64,000 bases of DNA from the NCBI GenBank assembly GCA_965199495.1, contig CBDASK010000003.1:2752001-2816000 (forward strand), given 5' to 3'. The DNA comes from Abditibacterium sp. (GTDB lineage Bacteria; Armatimonadota; Abditibacteriia; Abditibacteriales; Abditibacteriaceae). The position numbers and the translations under genes were made by a program. Each line of letters opens with the position of its first letter. Within the stretch, counting starts at the first letter, position 1. Shown piece after piece: positions 7,807 through 17,400 of the stretch. Below the pieces are notes generated by a model, which saw only the letters and a list, made by a program, of their open reading frames with translations, was not told the DNA's origin and searched no databases.

Positions 7807-9150
7807 ATGCAAACAAACACTATCCGCCCCTTTGTTTTGGGCATCATGATGACCGACGAATGGGCCGCTTCTCCCAACATGGGTGAGCCAAAAGGCGACG
7901 GCCAAAACCAGCGTGCGGCCATGAAGTCCATCCGCACCGCCGAAGGCACACGCACGCTGATCTCCGGCCAATCTATTGGCTCGTGGCACCGTGCCACGCT
8001 TTACGACCGTTTTGGTTGGGACATTAGCGAACTGCAAGAAACAATTTCAGGGCGCGACACGCGCCAATTCTACACGCAGTGCCAGCCTATCGAATTCGCC
8101 GAGGACGACGGACGCGGCTATCTGGCGGCAGTGACGATTGTCAAAGGTTCGCCCCTCACGACCAAACGCACTTCGCCCTTTATGCTCTCCCAATTTCAGT
8201 CTTTGGCGGCTATCGCGCCCACAACTGAATTTGGCATTTTGGCGCGCGGACTGGAAGAGCTACCCGAAGAATCCAAGGGCAACATGATTTTTCAATCCGA
8301 GTTGGCCGCCGCATCTTACGCCGGAATGTTCGCGCTCAACTGTTCCGAGCTTGGCGTGTTCACCGTTGGTGCGGGCCGCGATTTGTTGCCCTTGGCCGAT
8401 CTCAAAAAAGGTTTGCCAAAGGAAAACTTCACTGCCTTGGCGAAATCCGAAGACAAGCGAACCAAAGAAGACAATACAAAAATTTCAGAGGTTACCAAGG
8501 CTTTGAAGCGTTGCGTCAATCTCGAACGCGGAGCAATGCTCGCTTTACCTGCACCAGTTCGCCAGCAACGCGCGCACGATTTGGTCGCCGCGATGGGCGA
8601 GTTGGAAGGTGGCGCGCTGATGACGCGTAGACTCTATAACGTCGCGCCCGCGTCGGCTTTGATCGCGTTTATGGATGGTGGTAACTGTCTTCCTCCCTAT
8701 GTTTTCCGCGCCGTGCGCGAAAACCCTGATTTGGGCCGCAATTCCCCGATGCGCTATGAAGTGGACATTGAGCGTTTGTGGAAGATTCTCAAAGACAATG
8801 CCACACGATTCTTGGAAATGGGCGAAAACGGGTTCAATTTGTTCTTTGGAACGCTTGGTGCGCCCACAATCGCCAATGAAGCCGCTGTGCGCGACTTGCT
8901 CGAAGGCAAAGACGAGGCTCACCCGTTGCCGCCCGAAATCAAAGCGAAGGTTTGCGATGGCCCGCGCGAAGCGGTTCGTTATGCCGCCGACTCCATCCCG
9001 CAATCTTGGTTCGCCAAGCCAGAAAAAGCTATTGAAGTCACTTCCGATTTGGCCTATGGGGAGCAATTGCTACCCGTTTTAGGAACGGAAGTCCCCGGCG
9101 CCAAAAAGGAGAAGACCAACAATGAACCCACTCTCGATTTGTCGAGTTGA
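7807..9150 (+). CDS. cas7: Cas7 (DevR/Cst2-like) backbone subunit, unusually long
   Basis: ASPNMG, ISGQS, PIEFAEDDGRGYL, TKRTSPF and IFQSE motifs typical of DevR/Cst2. Confidence 0.85.
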   Translation: MQTNTIRPFVLGIMMTDEWAASPNMGEPKGDGQNQRAAMKSIRTAEGTRTLISGQSIGSWHRATLYDRFGWDISELQETISGRDTRQFYTQCQPIEFAEDDGRGYLAAVTIVKGSPLTTKRTSPFMLSQFQSLAAIAPTTEFGILARGLEELPEESKGNMIFQSELAAASYAGMFALNCSELGVFTVGAGRDLLPLADLKKGLPKENFTALAKSEDKRTKEDNTKISEVTKALKRCVNLERGAMLALPAPVRQQRAHDLVAAMGELEGGALMTRRLYNVAPASALIAFMDGGNCLPPYVFRAVRENPDLGRNSPMRYEVDIERLWKILKDNATRFLEMGENGFNLFFGTLGAPTIANEAAVRDLLEGKDEAHPLPPEIKAKVCDGPREAVRYAADSIPQSWFAKPEKAIEVTSDLAYGEQLLPVLGTEVPGAKKEKTNNEPTLDLSS

Positions 9151-9802
9151 AATCGAAGCTCTTAGTGCAGCTTTTTTCGCTCCCGGCTACAACAATGATG
9201 GTTGCAAATCGTTGCCTGTGCCGCCGCCATCGGCCATCCAAGGCTTAATCGCAGCGGCAACTGGCAATCCCGGTGAGAGCGGATTTAGTGCGGCGTGGAG
9301 CTTCAAGTTTTTCGGCGATTACGAAGACTTCGAGAAGATTGTTCCTTCGCGTCGCAAGCCCAACGTTGATGACTTCGAGTCTTTTCGCACTGGTTACCGG
9401 CTCAACCGAACGCCCGTCAAACGGCGTTATCTGATCGAACCGCGTTTGACGCTTTACGTTGAACAGCGTTTAGCGAGTGCGCTTCTCGCGCCATATCACA
9501 CTTTGCGCTTGGGACGTAGCCAAGATTTAGCGTGGGTTTCCAGCGTCGAAAATACGACGCTTGAACCGACCGACGCTGCCGATATTCAGGGTGTTGTCGT
9601 GCCCTTTCCGCCGCCCCCCGGTGCGCTCGCTTCTTTTCTGTGGAATGTGCCGGGCAAAGCCACAGGTTACGACCAAAGACAGTGGAGCCAGCCCAGTCCA
9701 CACGCTTTTCTAACCGCTCGACAATCGGTGCGCGAATTGAAAAGCCGTAACTTCTATCTCGATCCACAAACCCAATTGGCTGTTCCGCTTTACCAATTAT
9801 GA
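9122..9802 (+). CDS. cas5: Cas5
   Basis: SLPVPPPSAIQGLIAAATG and LRLGRSQDLA motifs. Confidence 0.9.
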   Translation: MNPLSICRVEIEALSAAFFAPGYNNDGCKSLPVPPPSAIQGLIAAATGNPGESGFSAAWSFKFFGDYEDFEKIVPSRRKPNVDDFESFRTGYRLNRTPVKRRYLIEPRLTLYVEQRLASALLAPYHTLRLGRSQDLAWVSSVENTTLEPTDAADIQGVVVPFPPPPGALASFLWNVPGKATGYDQRQWSQPSPHAFLTARQSVRELKSRNFYLDPQTQLAVPLYQL

Positions 9803-12126
9803 AAGCTCCCAACACAAGACGACAAATACTCGCTAAATCGAGTGGGATGACGCTGGAACAACATACGCGCGACGTTTGCGATGCCGCACGTATGTTGTTT
9901 CGGCTTCTGCCTTCCGCTCCTAATTTAGCGCGCGCTGCGTGGCTGCACGACTTAGGCAAAGGTGCCCTGTTTTTCCAAAAGGCGATTCGCGGTGAGAAGC
10001 ATAACGGAATGCGTCACGAGCTTTTCTCTTATTTGTGGGCCGCGAGCTTAAGAAGTGAAAACCAGTTCAGCGATGCAGAATTGGCCGCAGTTTTATCCCA
10101 TCACCGGCAACTTTGGGTTACGGAGAAGAACTTGAGAAAAGCAGAAATTGCCGAGTGGTGCAGTGACGGTTCAAATTTGGACGAAGTTGTGAGTGATCTC
10201 AAAACACTGATTTCTCAGCAACTTCGAGAATATCAAGTCGAGATTGAAACTCTCTTTGGGGATTTCCCTGCACTACGCCCAAAATATGCCGCGCAAAAGA
10301 TGCGCGACTTGCATAGTGTGTGCAAAAGCAATTCGGTGTGGACTCCCGAAGGCCGCGAATTGATGCTATACCGTGGCACTTTGGTAGCTTCCGATCACTT
10401 GGCCTCGGCGGAGTTAGGCGTTGCTTTGGCGGGCCGCACCATATTCGCGCGCCGTATGGGAAAAGTCGTAGCGGCACAAATCAAGAGACGCCCGAAAAAG
10501 CCCGGTCATTACGTTCGCCCTTGGCGCGGTTGGAGCTGGATGCAGAAACAGTGCGCGCAAACAACAGGCAATGCGCTTCTCGTGGCGCCAACGGGTGCCG
10601 GAAAGACCGAAGCCGCGTTGTTGTGGGCGTTGAATAATCGCAAAGGTGCCGAGCGCATCTTTTACGTTTTGCCTTATCAAGTTTCTATCAACGCGATGGC
10701 CAAACGACTGAGCAAACTATTTCCAGATGAAATCGGCGAAAGCGAGTTGGGCAAAAACTCCAACGTGGCTGTTGTGCATTCCAATTCGGATTTGGCTTAT
10801 TTACAGGAATCATTACGCGATGATGTCTCGCGCGATGAAGCCGAACGCATCGCCAAGGCCAACAAAGGCGCGGCGCGTCAGCTTTATTCGCCGCTCAAAG
10901 TTACGACGGTTTATCAACTGCTCAATCTGTTCTTTGGCCGCAAGTTCTTTGAAGTTGGATTGCTCGAACTCTCCAATTCGTTAGTGATTTTTGATGAAAT
11001 TCACGCCTACGATGGGCACACGATGGGTTTGATCCAAGTCTTGCTGGAATGTTTGAATCGTCTGGGCGCGCGGGTGTTTATTATGACGGCGACTCTGCCG
11101 GAAACACTCAAAACGCATTTGCGCGAGGCCGCACACATCGAACCGCACCAAGAGATTCGTCTGCCCGATAATGATCCGTTGCAAAGCGAAGCGCGGCGCG
11201 AGATTAACGTCAGCGAAGAAAACATCGAGAGTGAAGCGATTATTGAGGAAATCAAGCGACAACTGAGCGAGAACAAGCGCGTTGCTGTCGTTTGCAACAC
11301 GGTCAAAAAAGCGATTCAGATGTGCCAGCTTTTGCAGAAGCATGAGCCGTATTTGGTTCACTCGCGCTTCACTCTCGGCGACCGCGCGCGACGCGAACAA
11401 AAAGAAATTATAGAAGCGAAAAAGCTCGTTATCGCTACTCAGGTCATCGAAGTCTCGCTCGATGTTTCTTTTGGCGCGATGTTCACCGAACTCGCGCCCG
11501 CCGACGCGCTGTTACAACGTTTCGGACGCGTCAACCGGCATGGCGACGGCGTTCAGTCGGCGCCAGTGTGGATTTGTTGTGGCGAAGATTCCGGCTCGCA
11601 AAAGATTTACGATCCGCAACTTTTACAAGCAACCGCGCAGTGGGCGCGCGACTTCCAGAGTTCAGGGGACAAACTGACATTCGCCGCTTCGCTGCTTTGG
11701 ATGGAAAGCGTTTATCCGCACGGCCTCAGCGCCAATGAAGCAGAGGCGATGGAAAAGGCGCGGGCCGGATTTACCGAAGTCGTGGACAATCTCAAACCGA
11801 TGCTCGATCCGATTATAGACGCGGACTTGGAATTGACTTTGTTTGAGACGATTCAAGTCGTGCCGAGCAAATGCGAACAAAAACTGCAAGAGGTAGTTCA
11901 CGCTAAGAATTATCTCGCCGCCAAAGAGTTGCTCGTCAACGTCAACTTGCGCTCGTGGTTTGGCGCCGAGTGGCAAGCGCGCAAACAAGGATTTGAGCAT
12001 TTGCGCGAACGGCCTGATTTACACCCGACGCGCCCTTATAAAATCGCGCTCTACCGCTACGACGAGAAATTGGGTTTGTTATTGGATGATCCTTGCGACG
12101 AAAGTGATTCCAATTTTTGCATCTAA
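9799..12126 (+). CDS. cas3: Cas3 HD nuclease-helicase
   Basis: HD motifs LEQH, LHDLGK, RHE, HH, SDH; helicase motifs APTGAGKT, DEIH, MTAT, HSRF, QRFGRVNR. Confidence 0.96.
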   Translation: MKAPNTRRQILAKSSGMTLEQHTRDVCDAARMLFRLLPSAPNLARAAWLHDLGKGALFFQKAIRGEKHNGMRHELFSYLWAASLRSENQFSDAELAAVLSHHRQLWVTEKNLRKAEIAEWCSDGSNLDEVVSDLKTLISQQLREYQVEIETLFGDFPALRPKYAAQKMRDLHSVCKSNSVWTPEGRELMLYRGTLVASDHLASAELGVALAGRTIFARRMGKVVAAQIKRRPKKPGHYVRPWRGWSWMQKQCAQTTGNALLVAPTGAGKTEAALLWALNNRKGAERIFYVLPYQVSINAMAKRLSKLFPDEIGESELGKNSNVAVVHSNSDLAYLQESLRDDVSRDEAERIAKANKGAARQLYSPLKVTTVYQLLNLFFGRKFFEVGLLELSNSLVIFDEIHAYDGHTMGLIQVLLECLNRLGARVFIMTATLPETLKTHLREAAHIEPHQEIRLPDNDPLQSEARREINVSEENIESEAIIEEIKRQLSENKRVAVVCNTVKKAIQMCQLLQKHEPYLVHSRFTLGDRARREQKEIIEAKKLVIATQVIEVSLDVSFGAMFTELAPADALLQRFGRVNRHGDGVQSAPVWICCGEDSGSQKIYDPQLLQATAQWARDFQSSGDKLTFAASLLWMESVYPHGLSANEAEAMEKARAGFTEVVDNLKPMLDPIIDADLELTLFETIQVVPSKCEQKLQEVVHAKNYLAAKELLVNVNLRSWFGAEWQARKQGFEHLRERPDLHPTRPYKIALYRYDEKLGLLLDDPCDESDSNFCI

Positions 12127-12136
12127 ATTAATCATC

Positions 12137-12691
12137 ATGTTTCAAATTCCCAATTTAACCGGAACGCATCTCAATTATTGGTTGATTTGTCATCGCAAGT
12201 TATGGCTTTTTGCGCGCGGCATTTCGATGGAACTCGAAAACGAGGACGTGAAGATCGGCAAGCAAATCGGCGCGCAGAGTTATAGGCGCAGCGAGAAAGA
12301 GATCAATCTCAACGATACCGCCGTGCTTGATTTCGTCGAACATCAGAGCGGCGACGATGGCGTTTTGACGGTTCACGAAATCAAAAAATCCAAGGCCATG
12401 AACGAGGCGCACCGTTTACAAATGTTGTTTTATCTCGATTTTCTGGCGGCCAAAGGCGTGACGGCGCGCGGCATTATTGACTATCCCGAAACCAAACAAC
12501 GCGAAAGCGTCGAACTCGACGCGGGCGGCGTGGCTCTGTTGGAGCGCGCCAAAGTCGGCGCCACGCAGGTCATCGAAAGCGAGGTCGCGCCGCCGCGTCT
12601 GGACGCGATTAATCCCAAGAAACTCGCGTTTTGCCAGAAGTGCGCCTACTTCGATTTTTGTTACAGCGACGAACTTTCCAGCCACATCTGA
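12137..12691 (+). CDS. cas4: Cas4
   Basis: TGTHLNYWLICHRKLWLF, HEIKKS, QMLFY and CQKCAYFDFC motifs. Confidence 0.95.
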   Translation: MFQIPNLTGTHLNYWLICHRKLWLFARGISMELENEDVKIGKQIGAQSYRRSEKEINLNDTAVLDFVEHQSGDDGVLTVHEIKKSKAMNEAHRLQMLFYLDFLAAKGVTARGIIDYPETKQRESVELDAGGVALLERAKVGATQVIESEVAPPRLDAINPKKLAFCQKCAYFDFCYSDELSSHI

Positions 12692-12745
12692 TTTGCTCGC
12701 CTGCCACTGCGCCGAAGTGGAGCGAACGCAATTCATTGAGTGAGG

Positions 12746-12820
12746 GAGCGGGGCTGGCGCACCCTTCCAATCCAAAATTTGCCTTCGCGCCAAGATTGGA
12801 AGGGTGCGCCAGCCCCGCTC
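12746..12820. repeat. REP-like palindrome, family C (AGCGGGGCTG...TTCCAATC)
   Basis: 27-bp perfect inverted arms between cas4 and cas1. Related copy at 61777. Confidence 0.85.
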
Positions 12821-12915
12821 TCCTGAAAATTCGGCTCGCTTCAAAATCCCATTTGGGACGGGCGACATAAGCAGCCACGGCGGGGCCGTCGCATTTTAAT
12901 CGGGACACTTTCACC

Positions 12916-14052
12916 ATGAAACGACCCTACTACATTTTTTCGGCGGGCCGCATGCAGCGCCACCAAAACACACTTTATCTGCGGCCTTTTGCCGACGCCG
13001 ACGATCCGCTCGCGGGCGACGACTGGAACGATGCCGCCGCCTTGGGCGGTTGCGCGCTCGAAGATTTGGAGGCCGACGATTTGATGCTCGTGGACTTCGA
13101 CGACAGCGCCTATTCGCCGCGCCCGACGCTGGCCAAACGCCCGATTCCCGTCAACGACATCGAAGCGATTTACCTGTTTGGCGAGTGCGATTTCAATTCG
13201 GCGTTCTTCAATTTTCTCGGCAAAAACCGCGTGCCGCTGCACTTTTTCAACTACTTCGGCTTCTACACCGGCAGCTTCTGGCCGCGCCAAGAAGTCATCT
13301 CCGGGCACACCACGGTTCATCAGGTTTTGCTTTATGCCAACGACCGCAAGCGCGTGGATTTGGCGCGCCTGTTGGTCGAGGGCGCCGCGTTTAACATTCT
13401 CAAAACGCTGCGCTACTACAACGCCGCCAGCCGGGGCCGCGACCTGAGCGCGTGGATTGACACCATCGAATCGAACCGCGCGCTTTTGCCCGCCGCCGCC
13501 GATGTGCCCACGGTGATGGGCATCGAAGGAGCCACGCGCGCCGCCTACTACGAGGCGTGGTCGCAGATTTTTAGTCCGTCGTGGGCCGAGTTTCAAAAGC
13601 GCGTCAAGCGCCCGCCCGATAACCCGGTCAACGCGCTGATCTCGTTCGTCAACAGCCTGTGCTACACGCTGTGCCTGAGCGAGATTTATCGCACCGCGCT
13701 CAACCCGACGATCTCGGTTTTGCATCAGCCCGGCCAGCGCCGCTTCTCACTGGCGCTCGATGTCTCGGAGATTTTCAAACCGGCTTTGGTGGACAGGCTC
13801 ATCTTCAAACTCATCAACAACGGCGAAATCCAGCCCAAACACTTCGATCAGGCGCTCAACTTTTGCCACCTGAATAAAGCGGGGAGGGAAATCGTCGTCA
13901 AAGCGTGGGAAGAACGCCTGCGCGATACCTTCGAGCATCGCGCGCTCAAACGCCGCGTTTCCTATCGCCGCCTGGTGCGCCTCGAATGCTACAAACTGCA
14001 AAAACATATGATCGGCATGGAAACCTACGAACCGTTCAAATGCTGGTGGTAA
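12916..14052 (+). CDS. cas1: Cas1 (type I-B) with an acidic N-terminal insertion
   Basis: FFNYFGFYTGSF, MGIEG, KRPPDNPVNALISF, RFSLALDVSEIFKP..VDR and C-terminal YEPFKCWW. Confidence 0.97.
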   Translation: MKRPYYIFSAGRMQRHQNTLYLRPFADADDPLAGDDWNDAAALGGCALEDLEADDLMLVDFDDSAYSPRPTLAKRPIPVNDIEAIYLFGECDFNSAFFNFLGKNRVPLHFFNYFGFYTGSFWPRQEVISGHTTVHQVLLYANDRKRVDLARLLVEGAAFNILKTLRYYNAASRGRDLSAWIDTIESNRALLPAAADVPTVMGIEGATRAAYYEAWSQIFSPSWAEFQKRVKRPPDNPVNALISFVNSLCYTLCLSEIYRTALNPTISVLHQPGQRRFSLALDVSEIFKPALVDRLIFKLINNGEIQPKHFDQALNFCHLNKAGREIVVKAWEERLRDTFEHRALKRRVSYRRLVRLECYKLQKHMIGMETYEPFKCWW

Positions 14053-14073
14053 TATAATTTTAAGGAGCAAACT

Positions 14074-14337
14074 ATGTATGTCATCGTGGTCTACGACATC
14101 GAAGTCAAACGCGTTCAAAAGGTCAGCAAATGCCTGCGAAAATGGCTGAACTGGGTGCAAAACTCAGTTTTCGAGGGCGAAGTCACGCCCGCCACACTGC
14201 GCCAGATCAAAGGCGAACTCGCCCAAATCATCAACCCGCTCGAAGACAGCGTACTGTTCTACCAAATCCCCGCCGCCACCAAATGGCAGCGCGACGTGAT
14301 GGGCATCGAAAAACTCAGCACGAGCAACTTCCTTTAA
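14074..14337 (+). CDS. cas2: Cas2
   Basis: MYVIVVYDI...WVQNSVFEGE, with SD AAGGAG. Confidence 0.97.
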   Translation: MYVIVVYDIEVKRVQKVSKCLRKWLNWVQNSVFEGEVTPATLRQIKGELAQIINPLEDSVLFYQIPAATKWQRDVMGIEKLSTSNFL

Positions 14338-14475
14338 GGTAAAATACCTCCCAGTCGTCGGCTCCTCGAAGTTTTAACTGCATCCCAACTCGACGCGTGT
14401 CAAGTCAATTTCATGCCAATAATTGCGTAACTTTAAACATGTAAAGCTACACAATTCCGGGCAAGAAGTGAGGGG
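14338..14475 (+). promoter_or_regulatory. CRISPR leader
   Basis: Relatively AT-rich stretch between cas2 and the first repeat. Contains a GTCGTCG...TCGACG inverted motif of the kind common in I-B leaders. Confidence 0.7.
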
Positions 14476-17400
14476 GTTTTAATCGGGTCTTGTGAGATTG
14501 AAATCTACGAGTTCAACGCGGTGAATCCAAGTCGCAGGACGGTTTTAATCGGGTCTTGTGAGATTGAAATCCTTGGTCGAGGGTGGTCAAGGTTTGGCTG
14601 TGGGTTGTTTTAATCGGGTCTTGTGAGATTGAAATTAATTTTATTATAGGCGCTTGTAGCGCCTCGAACGTTTTAATCGGGTCTTGTGAGATTGAAATAA
14701 ATTTCATCCGGCAACTTATATTCATCGGCGATCGTTTTAATCGGGTCTTGTGAGATTGAAATGAACCCATCTTTTCGGTTCCGAAGTTATCCAACAGGTT
14801 TTAATCGGGTCTTGTGAGATTGAAATTCTCGATCTTGGCGCTATGAAAGGTTCGCTTGTCGGGTTTTAATCGGGTCTTGTGAGATTGAAATGGCTTGATG
14901 CTCGTTCGGGATGCCCTTCGGGAAATTGGGTTTTAATCGGGTCTTGTGAGATTGAAATCACGCTCCCCTTCGCAGTAAAGCTCCGGGCGCCGAATGTTTT
15001 AATCGGGTCTTGTGAGATTGAAATTTCTCTTCGCTTCGCCCTTAGATGCCGAAGGCAGGGGTTTTAATCGGGTCTTGTGAGATTGAAATTTAGGGTTTTA
15101 ATCTCCAAAAGGTTAAGCTCCGGGGAAGTTTTAATCGGGTCTTGTGAGATTGAAATTTATATTTAGTCGAAACTTCCCGCCAGCGTTGCGGTTTTAATCG
15201 GGTCTTGTGAGATTGAAATGAGATTCCAAACGCCTTGAATCACGGCGGGAATTCCGTTTTAATCGGGTCTTGTGAGATTGAAATGAGCCTTCCGAAATCG
15301 CTTGGGATTCGCTTCCGTCGGTTTTAATCGGGTCTTGTGAGATTGAAATAATGCCGACGCCGCGCTCATGCCCATTCCAACGCCCAGGTTTTAATCGGGT
15401 CTTGTGAGATTGAAATACGCCCCAAACCTCTTTGGGATATTCGCGGTTCAACGGTTTTAATCGGGTCTTGTGAGATTGAAATACTGGAAAGCCAGAGCTT
15501 CAACAGTCGTGAGTCGGGTTTTAATCGGGTCTTGTGAGATTGAAATACAGATCGAACGCGAACGCGGGCGGCGACGGCACGCCAGTTTTAATCGGGTCTT
15601 GTGAGATTGAAATGAGATTCACAAGTGGGCGCGGCGTCTGCGCTGGGACGTTTTAATCGGGTCTTGTGAGATTGAAATGTCCAAGGGCGACAAAATGACG
15701 TGCCGCGTGCCACCCCGGTTTTAATCGGGTCTTGTGAGATTGAAATACGGTCTTCCAGAACGCGCGGCTGATACTCTTGGCGGTTTTAATCGGGTCTTGT
15801 GAGATTGAAATAAAATCGCAACTTATCGCCGACGAAGAAGCCGCGCAGTTTTAATCGGGTCTTGTGAGATTGAAATCGACATCGAAAGCCTCTTGTTTAG
15901 AAGCAGCAAGGAAGTTTTAATCGGGTCTTGTGAGATTGAAATGATTAAAACAATCGCCACCGACACAGGATTAAGCGAGTTTTAATCGGGTCTTGTGAGA
16001 TTGAAATACGCAACTCACTGATTCAGCATTTTCGTCAGTTTCCGGGTTTTAATCGGGTCTTGTGAGATTGAAATGTCTCAAAATGGACGATGACGAACAC
16101 GAGGCGAAAAGTTTTAATCGGGTCTTGTGAGATTGAAATAAATCTGCGAGCAGTCGGAAGAGTGGGCGCACTCGGTGGTTTTAATCGGGTCTTGTGAGAT
16201 TGAAATATTTTACGACATCCAGAGTCGCAAGGCCGGTTTCGAGGTTTTAATCGGGTCTTGTGAGATTGAAATGTTTTAGATGCCCACGCCGGAATGAACA
16301 CGCCACGAGTTTTAATCGGGTCTTGTGAGATTGAAATCCCAAATTCTCACCAATGCCTCCACAAAATGGTCGTTTTAATCGGGTCTTGTGAGATTGAAAT
16401 TGAGCGAAGATAATAACAAGCGTCCGGTCATACTCGTTTTAATCGGGTCTTGTGAGATTGAAATTTCCCTCAAGGTATGATTGCCAACGGGGACGGCAAG
16501 TTTTAATCGGGTCTTGTGAGATTGAAATTTTGGTGAATCGCTCCAATGAAAAACCAAGGGACGGAGTTTTAATCGGGTCTTGTGAGATTGAAATATGGTT
16601 TGGCCCACGCAACGCTAACAATCAAAAACTAAGTTTTAATCGGGTCTTGTGAGATTGAAATCACCTAAAGCACAAGGAACTGAACTATGGATTTAATGTT
16701 TTAATCGGGTCTTGTGAGATTGAAATCGTTGCCCTGCGTTTGCACGCCCGGCACGCGGGCACGGGTTTTAATCGGGTCTTGTGAGATTGAAATTTCGAGC
16801 GAATCGCCGCCGCCGGGCGCGTTGTTCGGGGTTTTAATCGGGTCTTGTGAGATTGAAATGAACTGATGGCGTAGCCGACATTGAGCGTCATCGAAAGTTT
16901 TAATCGGGTCTTGTGAGATTGAAATCTACAAAATTCGCAGTAGTAGCCCACGAGCCGAGTTTTAATCGGGTCTTGTGAGATTGAAATAAAGCCCCAGTCG
17001 CGGTGTCGCGGCCCCATTAAAACGTTTTAATCGGGTCTTGTGAGATTGAAATTGATAGCCGCTCCGCCAGCGCGCCCACTCTTCCTTCGTTTTAATCGGG
17101 TCTTGTGAGATTGAAATAACTCGATCTCGTCGGGCACGAATCGCTTGCCGTTAGGTTTTAATCGGGTCTTGTGAGATTGAAATCCCTCTGGCAAGTCGCT
17201 CTCGGTTTCGCTCGTCACCGTTTTAATCGGGTCTTGTGAGATTGAAATCAAGAGGCCGGGCCGGGCCACGCGGCGTTGATGGCGAGTTTTAATCGGGTCT
17301 TGTGAGATTGAAATTGCGATAAACCAAGTCGGCACTGTCAAAGCCCGTCGCGTTTTAATCGGGTCTTGTGAGATTGAAATATTCGACCAATGCTGCGCAA

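Noticed and set aside
15090..15127. Spacer containing GTTTTAATC, the first 9 nt of the repeat
   Set aside because: Normal spacer length and only a 9-nt match, so plausibly chance.
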